IMG/VR virus record: IMGVR_UViG_3300047557_001530
Coordinates: 96,001-160,000 of that record
DNA from: a virus
Length of the DNA: 64,000 nt
Direction: 5' to 3' (one strand)
Shown: in pieces, positions 6,742 through 16,148 of the stretch
Layout of the letters: each line of letters starts with the position of its first letter
Position numbering within the stretch: the first letter of the stretch is position 1
Position numbers and translations under genes: made by a program
Notes under the pieces: model-generated
What the model saw: the letters and a program-made list of their open reading frames with translations, nothing else
Database searches by the model: none
What the model was told of the DNA's origin: nothing

Positions 6742-6895
6742 CAGCACTGGTCGGGACCCCCTCGATTGTCCTCGTCGGATTGGACATTAAATATGCCGAC
6801 TGGTGCGGATGGGGTTTTTAACTCCCGCCGAGTTTCCAATTTTCTCGTAATCAAAATTGGTGGCGAGCCTGCTCACGGGGATTGACCGTCCCCAC
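6722..6895 (+). ncRNA. manA-like structured RNA
   Basis: Recognised from memory of cyanophage manA RNAs: ATATGCCGACTGGTGCGGATGGG...CCCGCCGAGTTTCC...GGTGGCGAGCCTG; next to a tRNA; boundaries approximate. Confidence 0.65.
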
Positions 6896-6898
6896 CCT

Positions 6899-6970
6899 GC
6901 GAGATTAATTCAGTGGTAGAATGTCAGCCTTCCAAGCTGAACGTCAGGGGTTCAAATCCCCTATCTCGCT
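6899..6970 (+). tRNA. tRNA-Gly(UCC)
   Basis: GCGAGAT/ATCTCGC, U73; loop CT-TCC-AA. Confidence 0.95.
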
Positions 6971-7016
6971 TGCCCACTATGGGCTAAATAAACCTTGTAG
7001 TTAATTATACAATACT

Positions 7017-7898
7017 ATGATGATTCGTTCGTTTATTGCCGCTGGTGTTGCTGCCGCTTCTATGGCTGCTCCTGCTATGGCACAAGTTACCAGTGTTAAG
7101 CAACTGAGTGATGTTCAACCTACCCAGTGGTCGTATCAAGCGATTACTAATCTTGTTGAGCGTTATGGTTGTGTTGCTGGTTATCCCAATGGCACTTTCC
7201 AGCCTGGTCAACCTGCTACCCGTGCTGAGCTTGCTGCTCTCACGAATGCTTGCCTCGACCGTATCACTGAGTTCTACAGTGCTGCTGATGCCGCTCTGGC
7301 TGCTGCTCTCCGTGCTGAGTTCGCTAAAGAAATCGGTGCTACCAATGCCCGTGTGAGTGCTCTGGAACTCGCTGCTGCCCGTAAGGCACAAGGAGTTGGT
7401 AACTACCTTGGTGCTGGTGTACTTCTTAACAAGCAAGGTGTTGCTGGCAACGGTTACACCGAGAACCGTACTATCTCTGGTGCTACCATTCAAGGTCGTT
7501 ATGCTGTGAAGACTTTCAGCAATCAGAATGCTGTTGCTGTTCGTCCTTATGCTAACCTTGTCGGTACTCCTGCTGGTCAGATCGGTGCTGGTGGTGGTGC
7601 TCTCCTCTCTTATGATTGGAGCATTTCCCGTGCTGCTTCTGGTGTGAGCCGTGCTAACATCTACACTGGTGTTGGTTATCAAATTCCTTTCGTGAACGAT
7701 ACTGCTGCTAACTATCAGTCTGCTGTTGGCGAGAAGGGTCAAGTTGTGCTTGCTCTGGGTATCGAAGGTCGTCTGACCAACTCTCTCGTTGGTTTTGCTG
7801 ATCTGAAGTTCCCCACCACCAACGCTGCTAATAGCTATGGTGCTACCAATGGGACTTATTCTCCTGTGTTCACCACGGGTCTCGGCTTCAAGTTCTGA
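7017..7898 (+). CDS. SLH-domain outer-membrane beta-barrel (cyanobacterial porin-like)
   Basis: Signal peptide; SLH motif LSDVQPTQWSYQAITNLVERYGCVAGYPNGTF; amphipathic strands; C-terminal Phe. Confidence 0.85.
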   Translation: MMIRSFIAAGVAAASMAAPAMAQVTSVKQLSDVQPTQWSYQAITNLVERYGCVAGYPNGTFQPGQPATRAELAALTNACLDRITEFYSAADAALAAALRAEFAKEIGATNARVSALELAAARKAQGVGNYLGAGVLLNKQGVAGNGYTENRTISGATIQGRYAVKTFSNQNAVAVRPYANLVGTPAGQIGAGGGALLSYDWSISRAASGVSRANIYTGVGYQIPFVNDTAANYQSAVGEKGQVVLALGIEGRLTNSLVGFADLKFPTTNAANSYGATNGTYSPVFTTGLGFKF

Positions 7899-7910
7899 TT
7901 TGCTGACACT

Positions 7911-7945
7911 GGGGGGTTGACAAACCCCCCTTTCCCATATATACT
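7911..7945 (+). promoter_or_regulatory. Terminator-like hairpin overlapping a sigma70 promoter
   Basis: GGGGGGTT-GACA-AACCCCCC-TTT; TTGACA-17nt-TATACT. Confidence 0.75.
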
Positions 7946-7972
7946 AGTGTAACAATTCTTAATAAATCTACA

Positions 7973-8176
7973 ATGACTGTAACGACTAATGAATTTGGCC
8001 AACAAAATATGTGGGCTAAGGAACCTGAGATGGTCTATCAAGAATACAATCGTAAGGGTCTTTTGACCCCTATGCAAACTACGGAGATGTACAATGGACG
8101 CTGGGCTATGGTCGGTATTATTGCTGGGGCTATTTCTTATATTAGCACTGGCAAACTATTCTTCGGGATCTTCTGA
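7973..8176 (+). CDS. hli: High-light-inducible protein
   Basis: TEMYNGRWAMVG...TGKLFFGIF chlorophyll-binding motif. Confidence 0.92.
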   Translation: MTVTTNEFGQQNMWAKEPEMVYQEYNRKGLLTPMQTTEMYNGRWAMVGIIAGAISYISTGKLFFGIF

Positions 8177-8189
8177 CAATTGATTGACA

Positions 8190-8276
8190 ATGACTGAAAT
8201 TTTGTTTACAATTACAGGAGTCAGCTTTTTAGTTCTGCTGGCATATTCTGTAGAAAAACTTTGCGAAACTTACTAA
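8190..8276 (+). CDS. Very small membrane protein (28 aa)
   Basis: [28 protein letters not shown]; stop overlaps the petF start. Confidence 0.55.
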   Translation: MTEILFTITGVSFLVLLAYSVEKLCETY

Positions 8277-8569
8277 TGACTACCTATAACGTTACACTCC
8301 AATCCCCTGACGGCACTGAACAATCTTTTGAATGTCCTGAAGATCAGTACATTCTTGATGCTGCTGAATTTGCAGATATCGATCTTCCTTTTTCTTGTAA
8401 GGCAGGTGCTTGCTCTGCCTGTGCTGGTAAAGTGATTTCTGGGGAGATTGACAATGAGGAACAATCTTTCCTGGATGATGACCAAATGGCAGATGGATTT
8501 GCTCTCCTTTGTGTGGCATATCCTAAATCCAATTGTGTAATTCTCACTGAGCAGGAAGAAAACCTGTGA
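8276..8569 (+). CDS. petF: Plant-type [2Fe-2S] ferredoxin
   Basis: [13 protein letters not shown]...LLCVAYP. Confidence 0.97.
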   Translation: MTTYNVTLQSPDGTEQSFECPEDQYILDAAEFADIDLPFSCKAGACSACAGKVISGEIDNEEQSFLDDDQMADGFALLCVAYPKSNCVILTEQEENL

Positions 8570-8730
8570 GTGCTGGAATGCTAGGGCAATTAAGTCTTGC
8601 CCTTCAACAACTCGTAGAAGAAGGTGTCTGGTCTAACGATGACGAACTTAAAGTTTGTATCGCAGGCACTTTAAAAAAAGACAAATTTATTGTTATTCAG
8701 AACACTACTAAAAGAGGAGAAACAAAATGA
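8566..8730 (+). CDS. Hypothetical protein (54 aa)
   Basis: GTGA/ATGA overlaps with petF and hli. Confidence 0.55.
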   Translation: MSAGMLGQLSLALQQLVEEGVWSNDDELKVCIAGTLKKDKFIVIQNTTKRGETK

Positions 8731-8846
8731 AATTCGGATTTACCCCTGAGGCTGAGATTCTCAACGCACGTCTGGCAATGCTTGGGTTTGTAATTGCTAT
8801 TGGTACTTACTTCACTACTGGGCAAATTATTCCAAGTGTTTGGTGA
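8727..8846 (+). CDS. hli: High-light-inducible protein (39 aa; not in the ORF track)
   Basis: [39 protein letters not shown]; GAGGAG RBS. Confidence 0.92.
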   Translation: MKFGFTPEAEILNARLAMLGFVIAIGTYFTTGQIIPSVW

Positions 8847-8866
8847 TTAAAAAATAAATAAAAGAT

Positions 8867-8889
8867 GAGGTCGAGAGACCTCTTTTTTT
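8867..8889 (+). terminator. Intrinsic terminator
   Basis: GAGGTC-GAGA-GACCTC plus T7. Confidence 0.85.
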
Positions 8890-8926
8890 ATGCAGATAAA
8901 TAATATTTAAACGGGTTATTGTCTCA

Positions 8927-11900
8927 ATGTCTAGACTAAGAGCTGATAGAGTTGTCAACAAAAATGCAAATGGTCCTTTTGAAGCAAGTGAAGGTATTAA
9001 AATACCATTAAATAAATCAATTACTATTGGAACTGATAGTGGTAGCACTGGGGACTTTTTAAAAAAATTAGGTAATAGTTTAGAATGGGGTAGTATTCCT
9101 CCCGCATCTCAAGCAGAACTTGGATTAGTTTATATTGGATCTGGATTAAATGTAGATGAAAACGGATTACTTACCACGCAATTTGATGGCACTCTTGGTG
9201 ATTTGCAAGATGTTGATATAACTACAGATCCTCCAGTTATAGGGCAAGTTTTAAAATGGAATGGTACTAAATGGGTTCCTAATACAGATGCAGTTTTTTC
9301 TGGAGACTATCTAGACTTAATCAATTTACCCGAATTAACTTTAAATGCTATAACTGAAAATGGTAATGCCACGTTGAATGAAATTCTTATTGGTGGGTTG
9401 GGAGTTTATGATCCTACTAATACAGATAGAAATAGTTTTTATGAATGGAGCGGTGATACTTATAATCAATATATTGAGACATTAACTAATCTAGGTAAAT
9501 ATAATATTACCATTGATGGTAATACAATTCTTTATGTTCATACCAAATCTGGGGATAATAATCCAGGTGTTGGAATCAATAAAGTTCCTGCGTTTAAAGG
9601 TCTTGATGTAGCAGGTAATTTTGGATTGAATGGTAGTATTCATATTAATGAAAGTATTAGATATGTACAATCATTGGTTCCAGAATCTACTGCTACCAAT
9701 ATCGATTTAGGATCAACTACTAGATTGTGGAGATCTGGATATTTTCAAACTAGTGTATTGATTGGTTCTGGCACAGATACTGGAACAGCCAATCAAAAAC
9801 TTCAAGTTACTGGTGGTGCTTATGTTTCTGATAATGTAGGTATAGGATACACAGCACCAACAGATAAGTTGGCAGTTAATGGCAATGAATATGTTAATGG
9901 AAACATTACTTTAACTGGCGAACTTCGTGGTCCTTCTGTATTTGTAATTGATCCAGCGGTAGTTGGAAACAATACAGGAACAGTTCAAATTAAAGGTGAT
10001 CTTCAAGTTGATGGAACGACCACCACAATTAATTCTACGATTACAAGTATTGCTGACCCTATCGTAGAACTAAGAAGAGGCAATTCTTTATTAGGTGCTG
10101 ATGGTGGCATTCAAGTTAACTTAACGACCAATGGCACTGGCACTGTTACTTCATACCAGAGAGTACAATGGAACAATAGCAATACTCGCTGGGAAACAAC
10201 TGACGGCACTACACCAAAACCAATTGTTAATACTGTAGATAACTTTACTGTTGGTGGTACATTTACTTTTAACAATAACGTCACTTTTGGTGACGTAGTA
10301 ACTGACACTATTACAGTAAACTCACAGTTTGTAAATGGAACTAAGCTTAGAACTGCACAAAATATAAGCAACACTCTTGCATTGGCAGCATATGATGTTG
10401 ATGGAACATCCTATACAGATTTAATTACATTAACTGCATCTAATACACCAACACTAACACTGGTTTCTACTGGAGTTGGTTCTATTAACAACATGAACAT
10501 CGGTGCTACTACAAGAGCTACTGGTGCGTTCACAACTCTAGATGCTAATAGCACAACAACGATCAATCCAGCAAACGCTAACGTATCTATTACTCCTTCT
10601 GGAACTGGAGTTTTAACAATTTCTTCTGGTGCAGTTGGTTCAATTAATAATGTAAATATCGGTGCCACCACTAGAGGCACTGGTGCTTTCACAACTCTAG
10701 ATGCTAACGGTACTGTTATTCTGGGAGATGCTTCTGCAGATACAGTTACTGTAAATGGAACTTCTACGTTTAATGCTGATGTTACCTTAAATACTAATCT
10801 TACTATAGGAAATGCTGATACTGATACAGTCACTATTTCTTCTCAATTTGCTGCAAGTACCCAACTTAAAACTTCCAAGGGAACAAATGAAACATTAAAT
10901 ATTGCAGCTTATGATGTAGATGGAACTGCGTATACTAATTTAATTACTTTAACTGCAGCGAATAATCCTTTACTAACAATTAGTTCTGTTGCTACAGGTA
11001 CAATTAATAACATGAGCATCGGTGCATCTACTAGAAGCACTGGTGCTTTTACTACATTGCAAGCAAATAGCACCACCACAATTAACCCAGCAAACGCTAA
11101 CGTATCTATTACTCCTTCAGGAACTGGGGTTTTAACTATTTCTTCTGGTGCTGTAGGTGCTATTGACAATGTAAATATCGGTGCCAGCACTAGAGGTACT
11201 GGTGCATTTACAACATTAAATGCTAATGGTGATGTTACTCTCGGTGATGCATCAACTGATAACGTAACAGTAAATGCAACTTCCACATTCAATTCTAGCG
11301 TTACTTTATCTGGTGTAACTTCTAATTTAATTGTTGGAGGTGAACTTCGTGGTCCTTCTGTATTTGTAATTGATCCTGCTGTTGTTGGTGATGATACAGG
11401 TCTTGTCAGAATTAAAGGTAATCTTGAAGTTCTTGGTACAACCACAACTATTAACTCAACAGTAACTACAATTGCAGATCCTTTCCTTGAACTTCGTAGA
11501 GGTAATTCTTTAACCGCTGCGGATGGTGGTATTCAAGTTAATTTAACTACAGACGGTTCGGGAAATGTTACTTCATCTCAAACTATTCAATGGAATAATT
11601 CTTCATTGAGATGGGAAACTACCGATGGTACTACTGCAAAACCAATCGTTAATACAGTAGATAGTTTTACATTTGCGAGTTCTATTTCTTTTGATGCAAA
11701 CGTAACATTAGGCAATGCTGTATCTGATACGATTACTGTAAACTCACAGTTTGTAAATGGAACTCAATTTAGATCTTCGCAATCAAATGGCAACACACTT
11801 GCAATTGCTGCATATGATTTAGATGGAACTACTTATACTAATTTAATTACATTAACTGCATCTAATACTCCAACATTAACATTAGTTTCTACTGGTGTTG

Positions 11901-13441
11901 GTAGTATTGATAACATGAATATTGGTGCTACTACTAGAGGCACTGGTGCTTTTACAACATTAAGTGCCAACAATACCGTTAGCTTGTCTCCTGTTAATAA
12001 TAATGTAACTATTTCTCCTACAGGCACAGGAGTTTTGACGTTATCTTCTGGTGCTGTAGGAACTCTTGACAACGTAAACATTGGTACTACCACAAGAGGT
12101 ACTGGTGCATTTACTACTCTTAGTGCTAATGGTAATGTAATTCTAGGTGATGCTTCTGCGGATACTGTAACTATTAATGGAACAACAACCATCAATGCCC
12201 CACTAACATTTACAGGTGCTACATCACACTTAACATTAACTGGAGAATTACGTGGTCCAGCCACGTTTATTATTGACCCAGCAACTGTTGGTGATGACAC
12301 TGGAATAGTTCAAATTAAAGGAAATCTTGAAGTTCTTGGAACTACTACAACAATTAATTCTACAATCACTACTATTGCAGATCCAATTGTTGAACTTAGA
12401 AGAGGAAACTCTTTAACCGCTGCTGATGGTGGCATTCAAGTTAACTTAACAACAACTGGTGGCGGAGTAGTATCAACATATCAAAGAATTCAGTGGAACA
12501 ATACAAACACTCGTTGGGAAACTACTGATGGCACTACTGTAAAACCAATCGTCAACACAGTAGATAGCTTTACTTTTGCTAATACAATTAATTTTAACTC
12601 TAATGTAACTATTGGAGATGCTGTTTCTGATGTTATTACTATCAATTCTCAATTTGCAAATGGTTCAGAATTAAGAACAGGAACTTCTAGTGGCAATAAT
12701 TATTCTCTTGCAGCATATGACGTAGATGGTGCCGCTTATGCAGATTTAATTACCTTAACTGCATCTAATACACCAACTGTTAATATTATTTCTACTGGTG
12801 TTGGTACTATCGATAATATGAATATAGGTGCTACCACAAGAGGAACTGGGGCATTTACAACTTTAGATGCGAATAGTACAGTTGTATTATCTCCAGCAAA
12901 TGCTAATGTAACTATTTCGCCATCAGGAACTGGAACTGTTACAATTTCTCCAGCGGGTGGATTGACAATTGCTCCAGCTACATCACTATCTATCTCTCCT
13001 ACAGTGGTGGGAACTATCAACAATGTAAACATTGGTGCCACTACTAGAGGTACTGGTGCATTTACAACTTTAGATGCTAATGGTAATGTAACATTAGGAG
13101 ATGCTTCTGGTGATGCTATTAATATTAATGGTACTACTTTAGTAAATGCCCCTATGTCATTTACTGGGGCTGCTTCGCATCTTACTTTAACTGGAGAACT
13201 TCGTGGTCCAGCTTCATTTATCATTGATCCAGCTACAGTAGGAGATGATACAGGAACTGTTACAATTAGGGGTAGTTTAACAGTTAATGGTGTTAATACT
13301 GCAGATAGACTAAAAAATACTGCTGCTCCTGCAACTGCATCGTCTACAGGAACTGCTGGCGACATTAGATATGCTAGTGGATTCCTGTATGTTTGTGTTG
13401 CTACAAATACCTGGCAGAGAGTGGCGATTGCTACTTGGTAA
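8927..13441 (+). CDS. Long repeat-rich fibre protein (1504 aa)
   Basis: Late promoter ATAAATA; G/T/N-rich; four GELRGP modules and many NIGATTRGTGAFTTL repeats; C-terminal GDIRYASGFLYVCVATNTWQRVAIATW domain. Confidence 0.8.
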   Translation: MSRLRADRVVNKNANGPFEASEGIKIPLNKSITIGTDSGSTGDFLKKLGNSLEWGSIPPASQAELGLVYIGSGLNVDENGLLTTQFDGTLGDLQDVDITTDPPVIGQVLKWNGTKWVPNTDAVFSGDYLDLINLPELTLNAITENGNATLNEILIGGLGVYDPTNTDRNSFYEWSGDTYNQYIETLTNLGKYNITIDGNTILYVHTKSGDNNPGVGINKVPAFKGLDVAGNFGLNGSIHINESIRYVQSLVPESTATNIDLGSTTRLWRSGYFQTSVLIGSGTDTGTANQKLQVTGGAYVSDNVGIGYTAPTDKLAVNGNEYVNGNITLTGELRGPSVFVIDPAVVGNNTGTVQIKGDLQVDGTTTTINSTITSIADPIVELRRGNSLLGADGGIQVNLTTNGTGTVTSYQRVQWNNSNTRWETTDGTTPKPIVNTVDNFTVGGTFTFNNNVTFGDVVTDTITVNSQFVNGTKLRTAQNISNTLALAAYDVDGTSYTDLITLTASNTPTLTLVSTGVGSINNMNIGATTRATGAFTTLDANSTTTINPANANVSITPSGTGVLTISSGAVGSINNVNIGATTRGTGAFTTLDANGTVILGDASADTVTVNGTSTFNADVTLNTNLTIGNADTDTVTISSQFAASTQLKTSKGTNETLNIAAYDVDGTAYTNLITLTAANNPLLTISSVATGTINNMSIGASTRSTGAFTTLQANSTTTINPANANVSITPSGTGVLTISSGAVGAIDNVNIGASTRGTGAFTTLNANGDVTLGDASTDNVTVNATSTFNSSVTLSGVTSNLIVGGELRGPSVFVIDPAVVGDDTGLVRIKGNLEVLGTTTTINSTVTTIADPFLELRRGNSLTAADGGIQVNLTTDGSGNVTSSQTIQWNNSSLRWETTDGTTAKPIVNTVDSFTFASSISFDANVTLGNAVSDTITVNSQFVNGTQFRSSQSNGNTLAIAAYDLDGTTYTNLITLTASNTPTLTLVSTGVGSIDNMNIGATTRGTGAFTTLSANNTVSLSPVNNNVTISPTGTGVLTLSSGAVGTLDNVNIGTTTRGTGAFTTLSANGNVILGDASADTVTINGTTTINAPLTFTGATSHLTLTGELRGPATFIIDPATVGDDTGIVQIKGNLEVLGTTTTINSTITTIADPIVELRRGNSLTAADGGIQVNLTTTGGGVVSTYQRIQWNNTNTRWETTDGTTVKPIVNTVDSFTFANTINFNSNVTIGDAVSDVITINSQFANGSELRTGTSSGNNYSLAAYDVDGAAYADLITLTASNTPTVNIISTGVGTIDNMNIGATTRGTGAFTTLDANSTVVLSPANANVTISPSGTGTVTISPAGGLTIAPATSLSISPTVVGTINNVNIGATTRGTGAFTTLDANGNVTLGDASGDAININGTTLVNAPMSFTGAASHLTLTGELRGPASFIIDPATVGDDTGTVTIRGSLTVNGVNTADRLKNTAAPATASSTGTAGDIRYASGFLYVCVATNTWQRVAIATW
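9917..13280 (+). repeat. Diverged intragenic tandem modules
   Basis: GELRGP-coding starts near 9917, 11339, 12242 and 13193; the first module carries an extra internal duplication. Confidence 0.85.
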
Positions 13442-13468
13442 CAAAAGGACAGTTGATCGACTGACCCC

Positions 13469-13501
13469 TTGACAGGGGAGGGAACCCGTGCTATTATAAA
13501 T
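13469..13501 (+). promoter_or_regulatory. psbA promoter (sigma70-type plus late)
   Basis: TTGACA-17nt-TATTAT overlapping TATAAATA. Confidence 0.8.
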
Positions 13502-13561
13502 ATTGTTAGGAAATGGAAACATTTCTTAACATACTTTTTAAACCTTACTGTCTTAATAACT

Positions 13562-14641
13562 ATGACTGCTACTCTCGCTCAAAAGCGTGAAAGCAACACT
13601 TGGGAACAGTTCTGTGAGTGGGTGACTTCTACCAACAATCGTCTTTACGTTGGTTGGTTTGGAACTCTAATGATTCCTACCCTGCTCGCTGCTACTATCT
13701 GTTTCATCGTTGCCTTCATTGCTGCACCTCCCGTTGACATCGACGGTATTCGTGAACCTGTTGCTGGTTCACTTCTTTATGGAAATAACATCATCTCTGG
13801 TGCTGTTGTTCCTTCTAGCAATGCTATCGGACTTCACTTCTATCCTATTTGGGAAGCTGCTTCTCTCGATGAGTGGCTATATAATGGTGGACCATTTCAA
13901 CTGGTCGTCTTCCACTTTCTGATTGGTATCTATGCCTACATGGGTCGTGAATGGGAACTATCTTACCGACTGGGTATGCGTCCTTGGATTTGTGTTGCCT
14001 ACTCTGCACCCGTTGCTGCTGCTTCTGCAGTGTTCCTGGTCTATCCCTTTGGTCAAGGATCCTTCAGTGACGCAATGCCTCTTGGGATTTCGGGAACTTT
14101 CAACTACATGCTTGTTTTCCAGGCAGAACACAACATTCTTATGCATCCTTTCCACATGTTGGGAGTTGCTGGTGTCTTCGGTGGTTCTCTTTTCTCTGCT
14201 ATGCACGGATCTCTTGTCACCTCTTCTCTCGTCCGTGAGACGACAGAAACTGAGTCTCAAAACTATGGATATAAGTTTGGACAAGAAGAAGAAACCTATA
14301 ACATCGTTGCCGCCCACGGTTACTTTGGAAGACTCATCTTCCAATATGCCTCATTCAATAACAGTCGTAGTCTACACTTTTTCCTTGCTGCTTGGCCTGT
14401 TGTTGGCATTTGGTTTGCTGCTCTGGGTGTTAGCACTATGGCATTCAACCTGAACGGCTTTAACTTCAATCAGTCACTGGTTGATTCTCAGAATCGTGTG
14501 ATTAACACTTGGGCCGATGTGCTTAACCGTGCCAACCTTGGCTTTGAGGTAATGCATGAGCGTAATGCTCACAACTTCCCTCTAGACCTTGCTGCTGCAA
14601 ATACAACCCCTGTTGCACTCACTGCACCAGCTATCGGTTGA
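13562..14641 (+). CDS. psbA: Photosystem II D1 protein
   Basis: Full-length D1 from [10 protein letters not shown]; MGREWE (E130 type); [13 protein letters not shown]; no intron. Confidence 0.99.
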   Translation: MTATLAQKRESNTWEQFCEWVTSTNNRLYVGWFGTLMIPTLLAATICFIVAFIAAPPVDIDGIREPVAGSLLYGNNIISGAVVPSSNAIGLHFYPIWEAASLDEWLYNGGPFQLVVFHFLIGIYAYMGREWELSYRLGMRPWICVAYSAPVAAASAVFLVYPFGQGSFSDAMPLGISGTFNYMLVFQAEHNILMHPFHMLGVAGVFGGSLFSAMHGSLVTSSLVRETTETESQNYGYKFGQEEETYNIVAAHGYFGRLIFQYASFNNSRSLHFFLAAWPVVGIWFAALGVSTMAFNLNGFNFNQSLVDSQNRVINTWADVLNRANLGFEVMHERNAHNFPLDLAAANTTPVALTAPAIG

Positions 14642-14661
14642 CATGCCTTCTAGACGGTTTC

Positions 14662-14687
14662 AGGAGCCCTTAGGGGCTCCTTTTTTT
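14662..14687 (+). terminator. Intrinsic terminator
   Basis: AGGAGCCC-TTAG-GGGCTCCT plus T run. Confidence 0.9.
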
Positions 14688-14741
14688 ATGGGGTCAGCAG
14701 CTCAAGATACAATAAAAATTGTTTTGTAATCAAATTAACAC

Positions 14742-14770
14742 TTGACAAATCGCTAGGAATGCCCTACAAT
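14742..14770 (+). promoter_or_regulatory. sigma70-type promoter
   Basis: TTGACA-17nt-TACAAT. Confidence 0.8.
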
Positions 14771-14793
14771 ACAGGAGTGAATTTTTATTAAAC

Positions 14794-15471
14794 ATGACAA
14801 AGTATAACGTGTGGATTAGTTGTGGGGAAAGTTCGTGGCACCGCACATATTTTAATGAGTTAGGTGCAGTTGAGTTAACTCCTGAACAAATTGAAAAGTA
14901 TTTTACTTTTAGTGAGGATGGCGAAATTGATTTTGATCCTGATGTGTTAGCAGAAGCATCTGATAAAGATTGGGATGATGAAGACAGAGATTTTCCTACT
15001 TGGGATACAATTACTGATGGTTGTATTTGCTGGGGTCCTGATGTAGACGATCAAAACATCGGTGTATGTTTAGCTGATGATGAAAGTGATGAAGAAAAGC
15101 AAATATGGGTTAAACCACTTTCCGCATTAACTTTCTATACCAGAGAAGAGATTGAAGAGAAAATGCCAGAAGAAAATGAAGAAACTGGAGCTATTTGTAG
15201 AATAAATTATGAACTCTGTGGTAAAGAAGGCGTTTGGATTCTTTATAATTCTTATGAGAGGGGTGGTTATATTGGAGAATTTGAATTGCCAGATGATGTT
15301 GAATTTGATCCGTCAAAATTAGTTGTAAATATAGAAGAAGTTGCAGAAACTTGGACTATTGTAACTGGCATCGAATATGCTGGAGAAGACATTTATTGTG
15401 ATGGAGATACAACTGGAAAAGGAATTGATTGGCATGTTTATTACAAAGACAATCTTTATAGTTTTAAATAA
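14794..15471 (+). CDS. Highly acidic hypothetical protein
   Basis: Long ORF, strongly D/E-rich. Confidence 0.75.
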   Translation: MTKYNVWISCGESSWHRTYFNELGAVELTPEQIEKYFTFSEDGEIDFDPDVLAEASDKDWDDEDRDFPTWDTITDGCICWGPDVDDQNIGVCLADDESDEEKQIWVKPLSALTFYTREEIEEKMPEENEETGAICRINYELCGKEGVWILYNSYERGGYIGEFELPDDVEFDPSKLVVNIEEVAETWTIVTGIEYAGEDIYCDGDTTGKGIDWHVYYKDNLYSFK

Positions 15472-15476
15472 TTAAT

Positions 15477-15737
15477 ATGAATATTAAAATTTACACAGTT
15501 AACGGTTGCGTTTATTGCGAAAAAATTAAAGAACTTATGAGGAGAGCCGATGTAGAATATAATACTATTCTTGTTGGTAAAGATATTTCAAGAAATGAAT
15601 TTAAAATGAAATATCCTTTTGCTTCTGGGTTTCCTTATACTATTATTGATGAAGAACCAGTTGGAGGTTTAGTAGAAACAGTAAAACTTTTTGTAGAAAA
15701 AGGTTTAGTATCATCAAAGAAAAATGCCGAACAATGA
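15477..15737 (+). CDS. nrdC: Glutaredoxin
   Basis: IKIYTVNGCVYC...FPY...VGG. Confidence 0.85.
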   Translation: MNIKIYTVNGCVYCEKIKELMRRADVEYNTILVGKDISRNEFKMKYPFASGFPYTIIDEEPVGGLVETVKLFVEKGLVSSKKNAEQ

Positions 15738-15888
15738 TCAAACGCCCATAAATAAAGGTGTGGAGCTAATGCTCAGGAGGGTTGCTAAAGAACCTAAAAC
15801 ATTTGGTTTAAAATTATTCAAACAATTTTCCCTCCGAAAAAAACAATTCTTTTTTAGATTTGAATTTACGTGGAGGGACTTAAACTAA
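15724..15888 (+). CDS. Hypothetical protein (54 aa; not in the ORF track)
   Basis: MPNNDQTPINKGVELMLRR...; fills the gap between neighbouring ORFs. Confidence 0.55.
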   Translation: MPNNDQTPINKGVELMLRRVAKEPKTFGLKLFKQFSLRKKQFFFRFEFTWRDLN

Positions 15889-15911
15889 CCAAGTCACTCG
15901 GAGAATTAAAA

Positions 15912-16148
15912 ATGGAATCGCCTACAATCCTCTTTTTTATGGGCTGTTTTGTAGTTCTGTTTCTTATAGTTGGAATTATAGCTGGTTGGTTTATCAACGA
16001 TATTGTTTATAATTTCTATAACAAAAATAATTCTCTTCAGCTTCATCCAGAAATGTATGATGACCAAGGAATTGTTATTAACGAAGAGCTACTCGCTGTA
16101 ACCTTTATTGACGAAGAAGAGGAAGAAGAAGAGGATGATTATTATTGA
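15912..16148 (+). CDS. Small membrane protein with acidic tail
   Basis: GGAG RBS, TM helix, HPEMYDDQG motif. Confidence 0.7.
   Translation: MESPTILFFMGCFVVLFLIVGIIAGWFINDIVYNFYNKNNSLQLHPEMYDDQGIVINEELLAVTFIDEEEEEEEDDYY

Noticed and set aside
7005-7742. Long antisense ORFs opposite the porin, fibre, psbA, gp32 and helicase genes
   Set aside because: Shadows of biased codon usage; no RBS, promoter or protein motifs
9917-13280. Repeats as a CRISPR array or DGR template/variable pair
   Set aside because: In-frame protein repeats with synonymous divergence; no spacers, no adenine-specific pattern noted, no reverse transcriptase in the window
13469-13561. 31-aa N-terminal extension of D1 in the ORF track
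   Set aside because: The TTG is the -35 box of the promoter; the true start is ATG 13562
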